Source: Candidatus Latescibacterota bacterium
Lineage (GTDB): Bacteria > Latescibacterota > UBA2968 > GCA-2709665
DNA: 64,000 nucleotides
Assembly: GCA_965219455.1 (NCBI GenBank)
Contig: OZ244744.1
Coordinates: forward strand, 352,001-416,000
Reading direction: 5' to 3'
The notes under the pieces were generated by a model that saw only the letters and a list, made by a program, of their open reading frames with translations, had not been told where the DNA came from and did not search any database. The position numbers and the translations under genes were made by a program. Shown here piece by piece: positions 19,622 through 30,002 of this stretch; within the stretch, counting starts at the first letter, position 1, and every line of letters starts with the position of its first letter.

Positions 19622-20415
19622 AGCCCGGTCAGTATTCCCTCGACGTATCCTCGTGTAAATGCCACGTCCCGATCCACCTCATCCGGCTCCTTGCCTCCCA
19701 CGCATTCCACGTAGAGCGGTCCTTCGAACCCGCCGCCGATCAGCCCGGACAAAACCGAATGAAAATCCACAAGCCCGTCACCTGGCGTCACCATTACATC
19801 CGGTACACCGTCAATGACCGTACAATCCTTGATAATCCCGGTCGTCACCACGGGCGCCACTTCCGAGACGCCTGTCTCCGGTCGCAGGTCGCCTTTTGTA
19901 TAGTAGATGATATTGCCGGGATCGAAACAGATGCCGAACGCCGCGTGGTTCACGGTTGCGTGGGCCCCGAGGAGGTGGGAAACCGTGAGACTGATACCCC
20001 CGTGGGGTTTCATGGTTATCTTCACGCCGACCTGATCCGCATGGGGCGCGGCCTGCCGCATCAACTCGAAATAGTCATCGAAGTGGGCATCATTGCTGGT
20101 GCCGCAATCCAACAACCAGGTGGTGCCCAGCGCCGCCGCATTGTCGATCAGTCGCTTGTAGTCGTCCACCGCCGCCGACAGGCCCCCGCCCAACCGGGTG
20201 CCCCCAATGAGCATCGAGGGAACCACGCCGGCGGCATCCGCTGCCTGCCGCACGGCCGCGACCTCCGCCGGGGAACTCTCCGGACCTACCGGCACCCGGC
20301 CTTCATTGGCGAAAACCGCCACGTCCGAGTAGCCGGCCTCCGCAATCCGGCTGTACGCCTCGCTATAACTCAGTTGGCCGTAAGGCCGCGTCGTACATCC
20401 GATCGTCATCTCCAT
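19618..20415 (-). CDS. Sugar phosphate isomerase/epimerase (xylose isomerase-like TIM barrel)
   Basis: 'KPHGG', 'FDPGN', 'IKD', 'PGDGLVDF', 'GPLYVEC'. Confidence 0.85.
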   Translation of the reverse strand: MEMTIGCTTRPYGQLSYSEAYSRIAEAGYSDVAVFANEGRVPVGPESSPAEVAAVRQAADAAGVVPSMLIGGTRLGGGLSAAVDDYKRLIDNAAALGTTWLLDCGTSNDAHFDDYFELMRQAAPHADQVGVKITMKPHGGISLTVSHLLGAHATVNHAAFGICFDPGNIIYYTKGDLRPETGVSEVAPVVTTGIIKDCTVIDGVPDVMVTPGDGLVDFHSVLSGLIGGGFEGPLYVECVGGKEPDEVDRDVAFTRGYVEGILTGL

Positions 20416-20459
20416 CCTGCTCGCTCCTTTGCTAATTTACCCGAATCATTGCGGGTTCA

Positions 20460-21251
20460 TTATTCCATTTCGCGTCCACAGTGTGGACAAACGCCGCCAG
20501 CCTTTTTCCGCCGATCGATCTCCTCGGCGAAACCCGAACCCAGGATGCCGGCCGGCAGGGCGAACATCCCGATACCCAGAAGCGCGATCACCGCGCCCAG
20601 TACCTTTCCGACGCCGGTTACCGGGTACGTATCACCGTATCCCACCGTCGTAAGTGTTACGATGCCCCACCACATGGCCGATGGAATGCTGGAGAAGGCC
20701 TTGGGCTGGGCGTGGTGTTCCGCAAAATACATCAGCGTCGACGCGATCACCAGCATGATCAGCAGGACGAAAAGGGTGACCAGCAACTCACCGCTATGCT
20801 TCCGTAACACGTTACCGAGCGTCTGCAAAGAGGTGGAATACCGTCCCAGCTTGAATAACCGCAACAACCGCATGGCGCGCAACACGCGCAGGTCGACGGT
20901 GGTCACCAAAGGCAGATAAAACGGCAGGATTGCAATCAGGTCCACCAGCGCCATGGGCGTCCGGAAGTAGCGCAATCGACCCCGAATGGGACGGGTATAC
21001 TCTTTATCGGTGGTACAAGACCACAGCCGCATCAGGTATTCAATGGTAAAGACACCAACAGAAAACGCGTCAAACACCTCAAAATGCCATCGGTACGTCG
21101 CCTGAACGGCCTCGACTGTCTCCAGAATGACAGCCATGACGTTCAGGACAATCAACCCCATGATAAACAGGTCGATCGAACGACTCGTGCAGTCTCCCGA
21201 CTGCGCCTTATCCAGAATTTCGTAGGTGCGTTCTTTGGTACGATGCAGCAT
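20460..21251 (-). CDS. Voltage-gated potassium channel (6TM ion transporter)
   Basis: S4 'LRVLRAMRLLRLFKLGRY' and selectivity filter 'TTVGYGD'. Confidence 0.95.
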   Translation of the reverse strand: MLHRTKERTYEILDKAQSGDCTSRSIDLFIMGLIVLNVMAVILETVEAVQATYRWHFEVFDAFSVGVFTIEYLMRLWSCTTDKEYTRPIRGRLRYFRTPMALVDLIAILPFYLPLVTTVDLRVLRAMRLLRLFKLGRYSTSLQTLGNVLRKHSGELLVTLFVLLIMLVIASTLMYFAEHHAQPKAFSSIPSAMWWGIVTLTTVGYGDTYPVTGVGKVLGAVIALLGIGMFALPAGILGSGFAEEIDRRKKAGGVCPHCGREME

Positions 21252-21563
21252 GGTCCACTTTCGATACCCAGGGTTGGTGACGACACCTCCCCGGATTGTC
21301 CCTGCTTACCGGATGTGAAAGCCGTTGTATCGTTATAACGAGGGTCTGACGTCCCGTGCGATTTCTCCGCGACCCGGGCATCGCGCGACGATTTCGGCGC
21401 CGGCATGTCTATCCCCGGGCGGCGCTGTTCGCGGCCCATAAAGATAGGATTCTATGGTCCGAATGGAAACGTTTTTTCGTACGAGTCCATCGGTCTGACC
21501 AGGCGCGCGTCATCGCAGCTATTGGCTTTTTACATTGATACAGGCGATTGGAAAGCACTGTTC

Positions 21564-23534
21564 ATGGATCAGCACGAAGAGAAAAAAAACAGCGGGCATC
21601 CGTTTGTACGCATTCTTGTTGCACTCACGCTAGCGGCACTTTTCGCGGCAGTGTTGCCAAAGAACCGGGGCAGCGTTGTCCACCAGCAGATTCTAACGGA
21701 ATTGCCCAGGCTGGCGAAAATGCTGGGCGACGGCGTCTGGATCCTTGCCGAAACCTCGGATTCGCGTTGCGAACCTGGTTTTAAACAAGCGAGGCAGCGG
21801 CGAAAGACACCCGCATCCGGCGCTCCTTCAATCACCTTTGCCTGCACGGAAGCATCGGGCGAACTTATCCTGGCCGGCTCGACATCCGGCGCACAACAAC
21901 AGACCCGCCTTGAACCGATTGACGGCTGGAGCGTTTTTCCCCCGATTGCGGCCATACTCGTTGCCGTGCTCAGTGGTCGCCTGCTCCTGGGTCTGGGCCT
22001 GGCCGTACTATCCGGGGGCTTGCTCACCGTTGGCGGAGCCCCACTCTACGTACTCCCGTTCGCCGCCCTCGAACGAGCAGCGGTGAACTACGTCTGGACC
22101 CCCCTGATATCGTCCTTTCAGCTCTATATTCTCGGCTTTACGGCGGCCCTGATCGGCATGGTACGGGTAACCTCGCTTGCCGGTGGAAACCAGGGCATTG
22201 CAACGCTTCTTGCCTCCCGCGCCGAAAGCGCCAGATCCACGCGGGTGGCCGCATTTCTAATGGGACTGGCGATTTTCTTCGATGACTACGCCAACACGAT
22301 CGTGGTCGGTACCACGTTACGGCCCATGGCCGATCGGTTCCGCATTTCCCGCGAGAAACTCGCGTACATCGTCGATTCCACCGCCGCTCCGGTTGCGGGC
22401 GTCGCGGTCATCAGTACCTGGATCGGATTCGAAGTCGGACTCTTTGGAGACCTCATGCGGGATCTTGGTACCGGCGTATCCGGCTACCAGCTCTTCTTCT
22501 ACGCGCTTCCCGCTCGATTCTACTGCCTCTTTACGCTTGTGTTCGTCGCCGCGTCGGCGTGGCTCCAACGGGATTATGGACCCATGTACCGCGCGGAGCG
22601 CCGTGCCGGGACAACGGGACGGGTGCTCCGGCCAGGCGCCACTCCGCTGGCAGGGCGCCGGATCAGGGAGGTCTTGCCGGCCAGCGGCGTTCAACCCGCC
22701 TGGTGGGTGGCAGCCGTACCGGTTCTGATCGTCGTCGTTGCCGTCATCGCCGGCATGGCCGCGGATACCTGGAACGATCCCGAAGTCCGGCCGATCCGTC
22801 TGGGAAGCTCACTGTTCAGTTTCTCGTATTGGACGGCGTGTTTCTCCAATGCCGACAACGCGCGGGTGCTATTCCTTTCCGCCATGCTGGGCTCCACAAT
22901 CGCATTGCTAATTGCCGTCACCCGGCGCCATCCCACCAGCGGATCCGTGCTGATCCAACCCTTTGTGGCGATAAAGACCTGGGCGCAGGGAATCACGGGG
23001 ATCTACTATGCCATTGCCATCCTCATCATGGCCTGGGCCATTCAGGCTGTCTGCAAGGACATCGGCACATCCACCTATCTCGCGGCGGCGTTATCGCCCC
23101 TCGTGGTTCCCGGCCTGCTGCCTCTGCTCATCTTCCTCCTGGCGGCTTCGGTCGCCTTCGCCATCGGTACGTCGTGGACAACCATGGCGATCCTTATCCC
23201 CACTGCTGTTCCCCTTGCGCACAGCCTGGGCGGTCTCCCGCTCACCATCCTAGCGGCCGCCGCCGTACTCGACGGCGCGATTTTCGGGGATCACTGTTCG
23301 CCGATAAGCGACACGACCGTTATGTCCAGCATCGCCACGTCCTGTGACCACCTGGACCACGTCAGAACGCAGTTCCCCTACGCCCTGACCACAATGAGCG
23401 TCGCCGCGCTCGCAGGGTACGTCGGCACGACCCTTTACTATCCCGCGTGGTGCGGGCTACTCATCGGCGTATCGGTGATCCCGGTGATACTGCTCGTATT
23501 TGGCAAGAACCCCGACGAGCGTGCCGGCGGGTAA
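21564..23534 (+). CDS. NhaC-family Na+/H+ antiporter-like transporter
   Basis: 'IFFDDYAN', 'EKLAYIVDSTAAP', 'GTSWTT', 'GAIFGDHCSPISDTT'; start uncertain (ORF is open from 21405). Confidence 0.9.
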   Translation: MDQHEEKKNSGHPFVRILVALTLAALFAAVLPKNRGSVVHQQILTELPRLAKMLGDGVWILAETSDSRCEPGFKQARQRRKTPASGAPSITFACTEASGELILAGSTSGAQQQTRLEPIDGWSVFPPIAAILVAVLSGRLLLGLGLAVLSGGLLTVGGAPLYVLPFAALERAAVNYVWTPLISSFQLYILGFTAALIGMVRVTSLAGGNQGIATLLASRAESARSTRVAAFLMGLAIFFDDYANTIVVGTTLRPMADRFRISREKLAYIVDSTAAPVAGVAVISTWIGFEVGLFGDLMRDLGTGVSGYQLFFYALPARFYCLFTLVFVAASAWLQRDYGPMYRAERRAGTTGRVLRPGATPLAGRRIREVLPASGVQPAWWVAAVPVLIVVVAVIAGMAADTWNDPEVRPIRLGSSLFSFSYWTACFSNADNARVLFLSAMLGSTIALLIAVTRRHPTSGSVLIQPFVAIKTWAQGITGIYYAIAILIMAWAIQAVCKDIGTSTYLAAALSPLVVPGLLPLLIFLLAASVAFAIGTSWTTMAILIPTAVPLAHSLGGLPLTILAAAAVLDGAIFGDHCSPISDTTVMSSIATSCDHLDHVRTQFPYALTTMSVAALAGYVGTTLYYPAWCGLLIGVSVIPVILLVFGKNPDERAGG

Positions 23535-25298
23535 TTATTCCAGTTCTTCAACGCGGTGGTACACATTCAACGCCACGTCTTCCATTGTCCGGCTCCGTCC
23601 CGACGGCCAGGTCACAACCACCTTTTCCAGCATTGGACGGACGCCGAGCCCGAAATGCAACCGTCTCTGATTCTGCGAAGAGAAGCCACTGCCTCCCGAC
23701 ACCTCCTGCATCTGCTCCTGTCCGTTCCAGAACAGCCTCACCTGCGCTCCGATCGCGCTGCGATTGCTCTTCCCGCCCACCAGTTCGAAACCGACCCACT
23801 GTCGATCCGGAGCCACCGTGTTCCTGTATACCAGAAGCGGACCCCGCTGGTTGGCCACCACCACATCCAGCACCCCACGGTTCCACAGATCCACAAGTGC
23901 AACCGCCCGCCCGTCGAACCGGTCGTGTACGCCAACCGCACGAGCCGCGTCTTCAAACCGGCCCATCCCGTCGTTCACCCACACACGGGCTCTCTGATAA
24001 CCGCCGAGGCTGCGTCCCTTCATCGCCGGCCAGTTTTTCGCGTCCGAAATAATCGCCCTGTGCCCGCCGGCAACCTGTGAGAAATCGTACCAGTAGCTCT
24101 CCGACTCCGAGGCCGACACATATCCGTTTGTCAGGTACAGATCCAGCCGTCCGTCGTTGTTGAGATCTCCGAATTGCGCGCCGAAGCTCCAATCGCCCAG
24201 TTCCACGCCCATCACCTGCGCGAGGTTCTCGAACGCCAGGTCTTCGTCCTGCCGGGCGACCCAGAGATTGTTCCCCTGAAGCAGTATCCCCGCCTCCGAA
24301 ATATTGGTCTCGTAAATCGCCAGTCGACCCTGATTCATCACGTCGCCGAAAACCGCGTTCATTCCGCTCTTTGGCTGGTTTCCAACGCCCGCCCGGCGCC
24401 CGATTTCTTCAAATGCCGTGCCGCCATGGTTCCGGTAAAGTTCCGATACGCCATAGTCGTTGGCCAGAAACAGATCCGGATAACCGGATCTGTTCAGATC
24501 CGCTGCCGCGACGGCAAGGGTCCAGCGCCGGCTTCGAATGCCGAGCCGTTCCGCAACGTCCTCGAACCGCCCTTCGCCCTTGTTACGCAACAGGTACTTC
24601 CGACCGCCATTCTCGGCATATTCGAAACTCTCCGGCATCATTCGAGTGGATTCCAGGCGCCACAGATCCAGCGCATCCGGCCAGTAACCGGCCACGAACA
24701 GATCCAGACGCCCGTCGCAATCGTAATCCAGCCAGACCGCGCTTCCGGCGTTGATCCAGCCGGGCAGACCCGCGTCCTCGCTCACCCGGGTGAACCCCTG
24801 TCCTGCCTCGTTGTGCAACAACTCCGGCCGACCCCATTTGTACACGAAAAGATCTTCGAAGCCGTCGTTGTCGTAGTCCCCCCAGACCGCGCCCACCGAA
24901 ATCCCCGTTCCGGCGGAATTCAGATTCGCCACGCCCACCCTCTCGGCCACGTCTTCGAACTGCCCGTTTCCGAGATTGCGGTATAGCCGATTCGCTGCGC
25001 CCTCCGCGCTGTTGGTCACGTAGATATCCTGCCAGCCGTCCCTGTCGTAATCCACCACCGACACCGCCGCGCCCATCGCGGCGACGTGTGGCATTATATG
25101 GCTCAACTTCGCATCGAACGTGGGTGCGCGGTGCACGAAATCGATGCCGCTCTTACGGGCGACTTCCTCGAGCGCAAACCCGTAGTGCGCCACTTCTTTT
25201 TCCGGCGTCGTCCACAAACCGTATTTGAGGACGACGGGAACCGCCAGAAGCAACACAAAGGTAGCGAGCAGTATGACATGGACAGTTCGACGTGACAT
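23535..25298 (-). CDS. CRTAC1-family protein (FG-GAP repeats plus ASPIC/UnbV domain)
   Basis: Repeated D-x-D/N-x-D-G-x-x-D motifs; C-terminal 'SNRSAIGA....GGSGFSSQ...LHFGLG....WPSG'; N-terminal TM. Confidence 0.9.
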   Translation of the reverse strand: MSRRTVHVILLATFVLLLAVPVVLKYGLWTTPEKEVAHYGFALEEVARKSGIDFVHRAPTFDAKLSHIMPHVAAMGAAVSVVDYDRDGWQDIYVTNSAEGAANRLYRNLGNGQFEDVAERVGVANLNSAGTGISVGAVWGDYDNDGFEDLFVYKWGRPELLHNEAGQGFTRVSEDAGLPGWINAGSAVWLDYDCDGRLDLFVAGYWPDALDLWRLESTRMMPESFEYAENGGRKYLLRNKGEGRFEDVAERLGIRSRRWTLAVAAADLNRSGYPDLFLANDYGVSELYRNHGGTAFEEIGRRAGVGNQPKSGMNAVFGDVMNQGRLAIYETNISEAGILLQGNNLWVARQDEDLAFENLAQVMGVELGDWSFGAQFGDLNNDGRLDLYLTNGYVSASESESYWYDFSQVAGGHRAIISDAKNWPAMKGRSLGGYQRARVWVNDGMGRFEDAARAVGVHDRFDGRAVALVDLWNRGVLDVVVANQRGPLLVYRNTVAPDRQWVGFELVGGKSNRSAIGAQVRLFWNGQEQMQEVSGGSGFSSQNQRRLHFGLGVRPMLEKVVVTWPSGRSRTMEDVALNVYHRVEELE

Positions 25299-25312
25299 GG
25301 AACACTCGATGC

Positions 25313-28300
25313 TTATCTGCCGGTATGCATCCCGGAAATCTCCGGTGTGACGTACCGGGTGTGGAATACCTGCCAATCTGCAGGGTTACGGCGGTAGACC
25401 GGGTCGTCCTCGAGCCGACCCGGCGGCGTTTCATACGACGACCAGGCGTGCGACGGCAACGGCAGCACCGTTTTCGAAAACGCCGTATTGTAGTCCCCAT
25501 CTTTCACCCAACCGTCGCCCATCAGCACAAAATCCCTTACCCACCCTTCCCGCGGCGGGCCCGGAACGGGAAACCGCAACACAAGCTCATCCCCGGCGTT
25601 CATGATCACATACCGATCGTCCACGTCCGCAAGCAACGGACGCACGTCTCCGAAACGGGTGTGATATCCCCTCAGGTCCCACCACCGGGGCGTGATATTC
25701 ACCGGGGCGGAATACAGAGGGACGTCGGGAGAACGCCGACCCGGTTGCGGGACCTCTGAGAACCCGCGGCCCCTTAACGCCGCGGTCTGAGGTCTTACGC
25801 GGCGGGCGCGCAGTTGCTCGCCGTCTGCGGGTTCCGCCCACGCCAGCCAATCCCAGTAAATCTCCAAATTTGTCCGAAGTCGCAACCGGCTGGATTTCAC
25901 ACCCGCCAGATCGATCGCAATCGTCTTGAATTTTCCAGCGGGAAATCCCAGATCCGTGGCCACGGTTTCCCACGACCCGTCGCTTCGCGGCGCGTCCAGA
26001 CGCAGCCCCCGGGGCCTCGCATGTGCGCCATGCCCCATCGCGACGTTGATCGAACTGTCCGTGGGATAGATCCATCCGTAACCGATCAACCACCCCCCAC
26101 CCCCGACCGCCGGGTGCGGCAGATTAACTTCAACCCAGTGGTCCGCCGCGACACCCTGGTATCGTCCCACGTCAAACGTGTCGAGATAGCGGGCGTCTCT
26201 GGCTTTTACCATCGCCGTCACATCCCGTCCCGCCTCGTCCCGAGCCGCACGAACCGCCACAGGTGTTCCCGTCGGAATCACCTTCAGTTCAGGCTGTCGC
26301 TTCGCAAACCGTTCGTCCACAAACACCGCCACCTCCGCCGGATGGTCCACAACCATCAACTCAACCCAATCCAAAAATTGGGTCTCCCACAATTCGGACG
26401 TGATGCGTATATCATAGAATCCGTCGCGCGATGCCAGTTCATCCCCCCGGATCAGGATCCAATCCTCCGTCTGAGACACCCCCGCCGTCACCTGCGCGTT
26501 GATCCGCATCCCCAGCGGCGATCGCCAAAGAAAGTCCTTAACAAAGGCCATTTCTTCGCCATTGAACGCGAATACCCAGGGACAGGACCCTTTCAGGCGC
26601 TGCTGCGCCACAATGGTCTGATCCGCCTCCACGTCGAACTCCGCCTGGATTGTCCCATTCGGCCACTGTACCCGCACCACGTCCGCCAGGCCGTATTCGC
26701 CCAGACCGAAATGAACCACGGGTGTCCGAATCGCCCGACGCTGGGCCAGAAGTCCGGACCGCAACAACACCTCCCCGCCCAGCGCGTATGAATTGATCCT
26801 CCCGTCCCCGCGAACCGCCCGCACCCGGGGCCGCACGACCTGCCAGTGGTAGGTACGTTTTCCCCGGTTCACCAGCAACTGTGGTCGACCCTCTTTCGAA
26901 AGTCCCAGCAGATCCAGGCGTCCGTCTCCGGTCATGTCCGAGACCTCGAAGATTCGAACCCGGTTCGGCAGGGCGTTGTGACGCCATGTACCCTCGCCAT
27001 CGGCCAGCCAAACCCCTCCTTCGACCTCGCCGCTGACGACCAGATCCAACTGCCCGTTATTGTCCATATCGGCCAGAAACAGACGCACCGGCGTCTCGGA
27101 AGTCTTCGTCCTGATGAGTTCCTTGAATTCCCAGCGACCATCGTCGTGCGAAATCAACGCAACCTGTCCGTGTTTCCCCAGGGTCAACAGGTTCAGACTC
27201 CCATCGCCATCCACGTCTCCGGAAACAAGCGCGTGAACCTCGTCCTGACCCTGGTACGAAAGCCGGAACAACCCGCTGCGCTCGTTGACATACACGACCA
27301 GCCGACCCCGGCTGTCCACCAACGCCGCATCCGGAACCCCGTCGCCATCGATATCCGTCCACTCGAACGCACGCATGCCGGACACGCCCTTGAAAGCCTG
27401 CGCGACTCCGAATGTGCCGTCCCCGTTGTTTCGCAAAACCGGGCAGGCATTCCGCCCCCCGAGTACCAGATCCAGATCCCCATCCATATCAACGTCCGCG
27501 GCCCACACGCCGGCATACGCTGTATCGGTCACGCTCCCGTCCAGCCCGGTCAGATCCGTGACATCCACGAAAATCCCGTCCTCGCGCTGCCGAAACAGGC
27601 GAATGCCGCCCTCCCCAGCCACCACCAGATCCAATCTGAAGTCGTTGTCCCAGTCGACCGAGAGCAGACCGTTCGCGCCCACCGGCCGGGATGCGGGCGA
27701 TGGCACGGACCGGCCCGACGAATCCAGCCACCGCACGATACCACCCGTTGCGGCCAGCACGACAGGGGTATCCGCCCAGGCGAGGCCGAGCATCGTCCCG
27801 CCCGACGCGCAGTCCAGCGTGTCCGAAACGAAAGAGAGCGCCGTATCCGCGGGCGCAGGATCGGCGGACGGACTCCGTATTTTCAGGAACCGCCTCAATG
27901 GCTCGCCTGCCGCCTGAGCAGGAAGGCGCACCTGATTCAGGTCCCTCCGGAAGACAGGCGCCCGCAGCAGCGCGTTGTGCAAAAACGCCGCGCGCGTGGC
28001 CGCGAGGCGAAAATCCGTTCCGGCATCCATCAGCGCCTGTAACTGGACGCTCGCCGTTTCCGGCCACCCTCCGGTCCGCCCCGCGATCCGCGCAACCGAA
28101 ACCCTCAGCCCATCCGCATCGTGCGCCTTTGCCGCCAGCCTGATCCGTTCCAGCAAGAGCGCCAGATTCCGCGGGGATTCTCCCAGCATCCGCTCCACTA
28201 CCGCAAGCGCATCCCTCGTGTCTCCCTGCCGTTCCAGCTCGCGCGCCAGCGCGTAACCTGCCTTGAGATGCCCGGGGCCGGCCCGCCTCACCGCCCTCCG

Positions 28301-28669
28301 AAGGTGGAAAACCGCCTCGGCGGCACGGCCGCGCCGGCTCTCGAATGCACCCATCAGGAGGGCGAGCTCCGCACTCTCCGGCGCCAAAACCTGCGCTCGT
28401 TCAAGCGACCGTATCGCCGGTTCCTCCTGACCCATAGTGAACTGAAGCAAAGCCAGGTTGGCCCACCCTGCAGGCTCGGCGGGAACGGTTTCCGTCACCC
28501 GTCTCAGCGCGGCGGCGGCCCGGTCGTGCGCGCCCACTTCCAGGGCCGCAAGTCCAGCATAAAAATCCGCAACTGCCTGCCGATACGCGGTGCTTCCGGG
28601 TTCCGGCATCCGCTCTCCACATCCTGCGGACAATCCGACAAGCACAAGCGCAAACACCAGGTATCTCAT
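25313..28669 (-). CDS. Large TPR + FG-GAP + ASPIC/UnbV lipoprotein (about 1118 aa)
   Basis: Start revised to ATG 28669 (MRYLVFALVLVGLSAGC, lipobox); TPRs; DxDxDGxxD repeats; 'HFGLG', 'WPNG', 'LKGSCP', 'GWVKDGD'. Confidence 0.88.
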   Translation of the reverse strand: MRYLVFALVLVGLSAGCGERMPEPGSTAYRQAVADFYAGLAALEVGAHDRAAAALRRVTETVPAEPAGWANLALLQFTMGQEEPAIRSLERAQVLAPESAELALLMGAFESRRGRAAEAVFHLRRAVRRAGPGHLKAGYALARELERQGDTRDALAVVERMLGESPRNLALLLERIRLAAKAHDADGLRVSVARIAGRTGGWPETASVQLQALMDAGTDFRLAATRAAFLHNALLRAPVFRRDLNQVRLPAQAAGEPLRRFLKIRSPSADPAPADTALSFVSDTLDCASGGTMLGLAWADTPVVLAATGGIVRWLDSSGRSVPSPASRPVGANGLLSVDWDNDFRLDLVVAGEGGIRLFRQREDGIFVDVTDLTGLDGSVTDTAYAGVWAADVDMDGDLDLVLGGRNACPVLRNNGDGTFGVAQAFKGVSGMRAFEWTDIDGDGVPDAALVDSRGRLVVYVNERSGLFRLSYQGQDEVHALVSGDVDGDGSLNLLTLGKHGQVALISHDDGRWEFKELIRTKTSETPVRLFLADMDNNGQLDLVVSGEVEGGVWLADGEGTWRHNALPNRVRIFEVSDMTGDGRLDLLGLSKEGRPQLLVNRGKRTYHWQVVRPRVRAVRGDGRINSYALGGEVLLRSGLLAQRRAIRTPVVHFGLGEYGLADVVRVQWPNGTIQAEFDVEADQTIVAQQRLKGSCPWVFAFNGEEMAFVKDFLWRSPLGMRINAQVTAGVSQTEDWILIRGDELASRDGFYDIRITSELWETQFLDWVELMVVDHPAEVAVFVDERFAKRQPELKVIPTGTPVAVRAARDEAGRDVTAMVKARDARYLDTFDVGRYQGVAADHWVEVNLPHPAVGGGGWLIGYGWIYPTDSSINVAMGHGAHARPRGLRLDAPRSDGSWETVATDLGFPAGKFKTIAIDLAGVKSSRLRLRTNLEIYWDWLAWAEPADGEQLRARRVRPQTAALRGRGFSEVPQPGRRSPDVPLYSAPVNITPRWWDLRGYHTRFGDVRPLLADVDDRYVIMNAGDELVLRFPVPGPPREGWVRDFVLMGDGWVKDGDYNTAFSKTVLPLPSHAWSSYETPPGRLEDDPVYRRNPADWQVFHTRYVTPEISGMHTGR

Positions 28670-28794
28670 TGCCCAATACCCCGGAACGGGATGAACCGTC
28701 CTGCCTGAAATCAGAAAGGCGGAACCGAAGGGAAACGGCGCCGCACCTGAACACGCCAATACAGACAACTGAGTCTTTTGGAATGCCGTCTCAC

Positions 28795-29253
28795 TTACGG
28801 ATCGGTGGTTTTGAGAAGACACCGGTCCAGAGACAGCGGCATATTGCGCACAAACAGCACCACCAGCGAACATCCGATCAGCAGCAGGTCCTGCCCGAGC
28901 GCCCCGTGAAGCGAACCCCTCGTGCCGTCCAATCCAAAGCAGCCGCAGTCGAGATTTGCTCCGCGGAAGATGTTCACCACGAGGGCGACGCTGAACGACG
29001 CGAGCAACGCGAGGGCGGCAAGCGCGGCGCCGCGCGACCAGAATCCCGCCAACAGACACGCCCCGGCGGCGATTTCCATCCAGGGAACCACAACCGCAAA
29101 TCCGTTTATGAACGCGAGGGGAAGCACGTTGTATGCCCGCACCGTCAGCGCAAACAACGCCGGCTCCGACACCTTTGCCAGCCCCGCCCAGATCAACACC
29201 CCGCCCACGGCGAGGCGCAGAACGACCGGGACTCCGTACCGGGCCCAACTCAT
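28795..29253 (-). CDS. MauE/DoxX family membrane protein
   Basis: 'LRL..GG.LIWAGLAK', 'VPWMEI', 'DCGCFG'. Confidence 0.9.
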   Translation of the reverse strand: MSWARYGVPVVLRLAVGGVLIWAGLAKVSEPALFALTVRAYNVLPLAFINGFAVVVPWMEIAAGACLLAGFWSRGAALAALALLASFSVALVVNIFRGANLDCGCFGLDGTRGSLHGALGQDLLLIGCSLVVLFVRNMPLSLDRCLLKTTDP

Positions 29254-29750
29254 CGGTCTACCCCCGTTTCTACCGGATACCCCGCGCGCACCCATGCCCC
29301 CCAACCATCGAAGAACGCCCGCACGCGCGTAAACCCCAGGCCTTGCGTCAGTAAATGCGCCAGCTTAACGCTGGCCTGACATCTGGCGCCGCCACAGTAC
29401 GTGATGATATTGGCATCCCTGGAAACACCCTCGAGCTTTTTCCTGTCGCCCCGGTTGAGATCGTGAGGCGTCAGATTCAACGCCCCCGGAATATGCCCTG
29501 CGGCATAGACGCGTGGCGGACGCGCGTCAAAAAATATGGCGGATTTGGCGTTGAACGCCACTTTCGCGTCGGAAAGACTTGCCCGGATTCCCTCCAGGTA
29601 CAGGCTCCAGTTCACATGTTCCGATGGCGTCAGGTTCCTGGGTGTCCGTAGAGGAATGCCGGAGGCGGACAGGGCGTTGTAAGCGAGGCCCACGCCCGAT
29701 CCTGCCAGCAAGATAACGATCGCCTTCAATACCAGCCTGAATCCAATCAT
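29250..29750 (-). CDS. Membrane-anchored rhodanese-like domain protein
   Basis: 'FFDAR....Y.AGHIPGA', active-site loop 'YCGGARC', 'GWGAW'. Confidence 0.88.
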   Translation of the reverse strand: MIGFRLVLKAIVILLAGSGVGLAYNALSASGIPLRTPRNLTPSEHVNWSLYLEGIRASLSDAKVAFNAKSAIFFDARPPRVYAAGHIPGALNLTPHDLNRGDRKKLEGVSRDANIITYCGGARCQASVKLAHLLTQGLGFTRVRAFFDGWGAWVRAGYPVETGVDR

Positions 29751-29785
29751 CTGAAAGGCCTCCCGTGGATGAACTGTACGGACTA

Positions 29786-29814
29786 TATATAACACACATC
29801 GGCAACCCTGTCAA
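29786..29814 (-). promoter_or_regulatory. Sigma70-type promoter for the rhodanese-MauE-ASPIC operon
   Basis: Minus strand TTGACA-17 nt-TATATA with TG extension. Confidence 0.55.
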
Positions 29815-29837
29815 GCCTCGACCGGTCGCCATCCGCT

Positions 29838-29866
29838 TTGACAATTCGTATCGCGCATGCTATAAT
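29838..29866 (+). promoter_or_regulatory. Perfect consensus sigma70 promoter upstream of the DegT gene
   Basis: TTGACA (29838-29843), 17 nt, TATAAT (29861-29866). Confidence 0.8.
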
Positions 29867-30002
29867 GCGGTACCTGTACCGGCAGCCGGCGCCCTCACGT
29901 TAAACTGACGCGGATGGCCTGTCTCCGGCGCGGGATGACGGGCGATGCGCATCACGAATCGTTGGCGGTTCACACGGATCAACTTCCAGGAGAAAACGGG
30001 AC

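Noticed and set aside
23535-28669. Enediyne biosynthetic cluster suggested by UnbV-like domains
   Set aside because: No enediyne PKS, thioesterase or other cassette genes are in the window.
28670-29248. N-terminal extension of the 1311-aa ORF
   Set aside because: It overlaps the MauE/DoxX gene in another frame. The lipoprotein signal starts at 28669.
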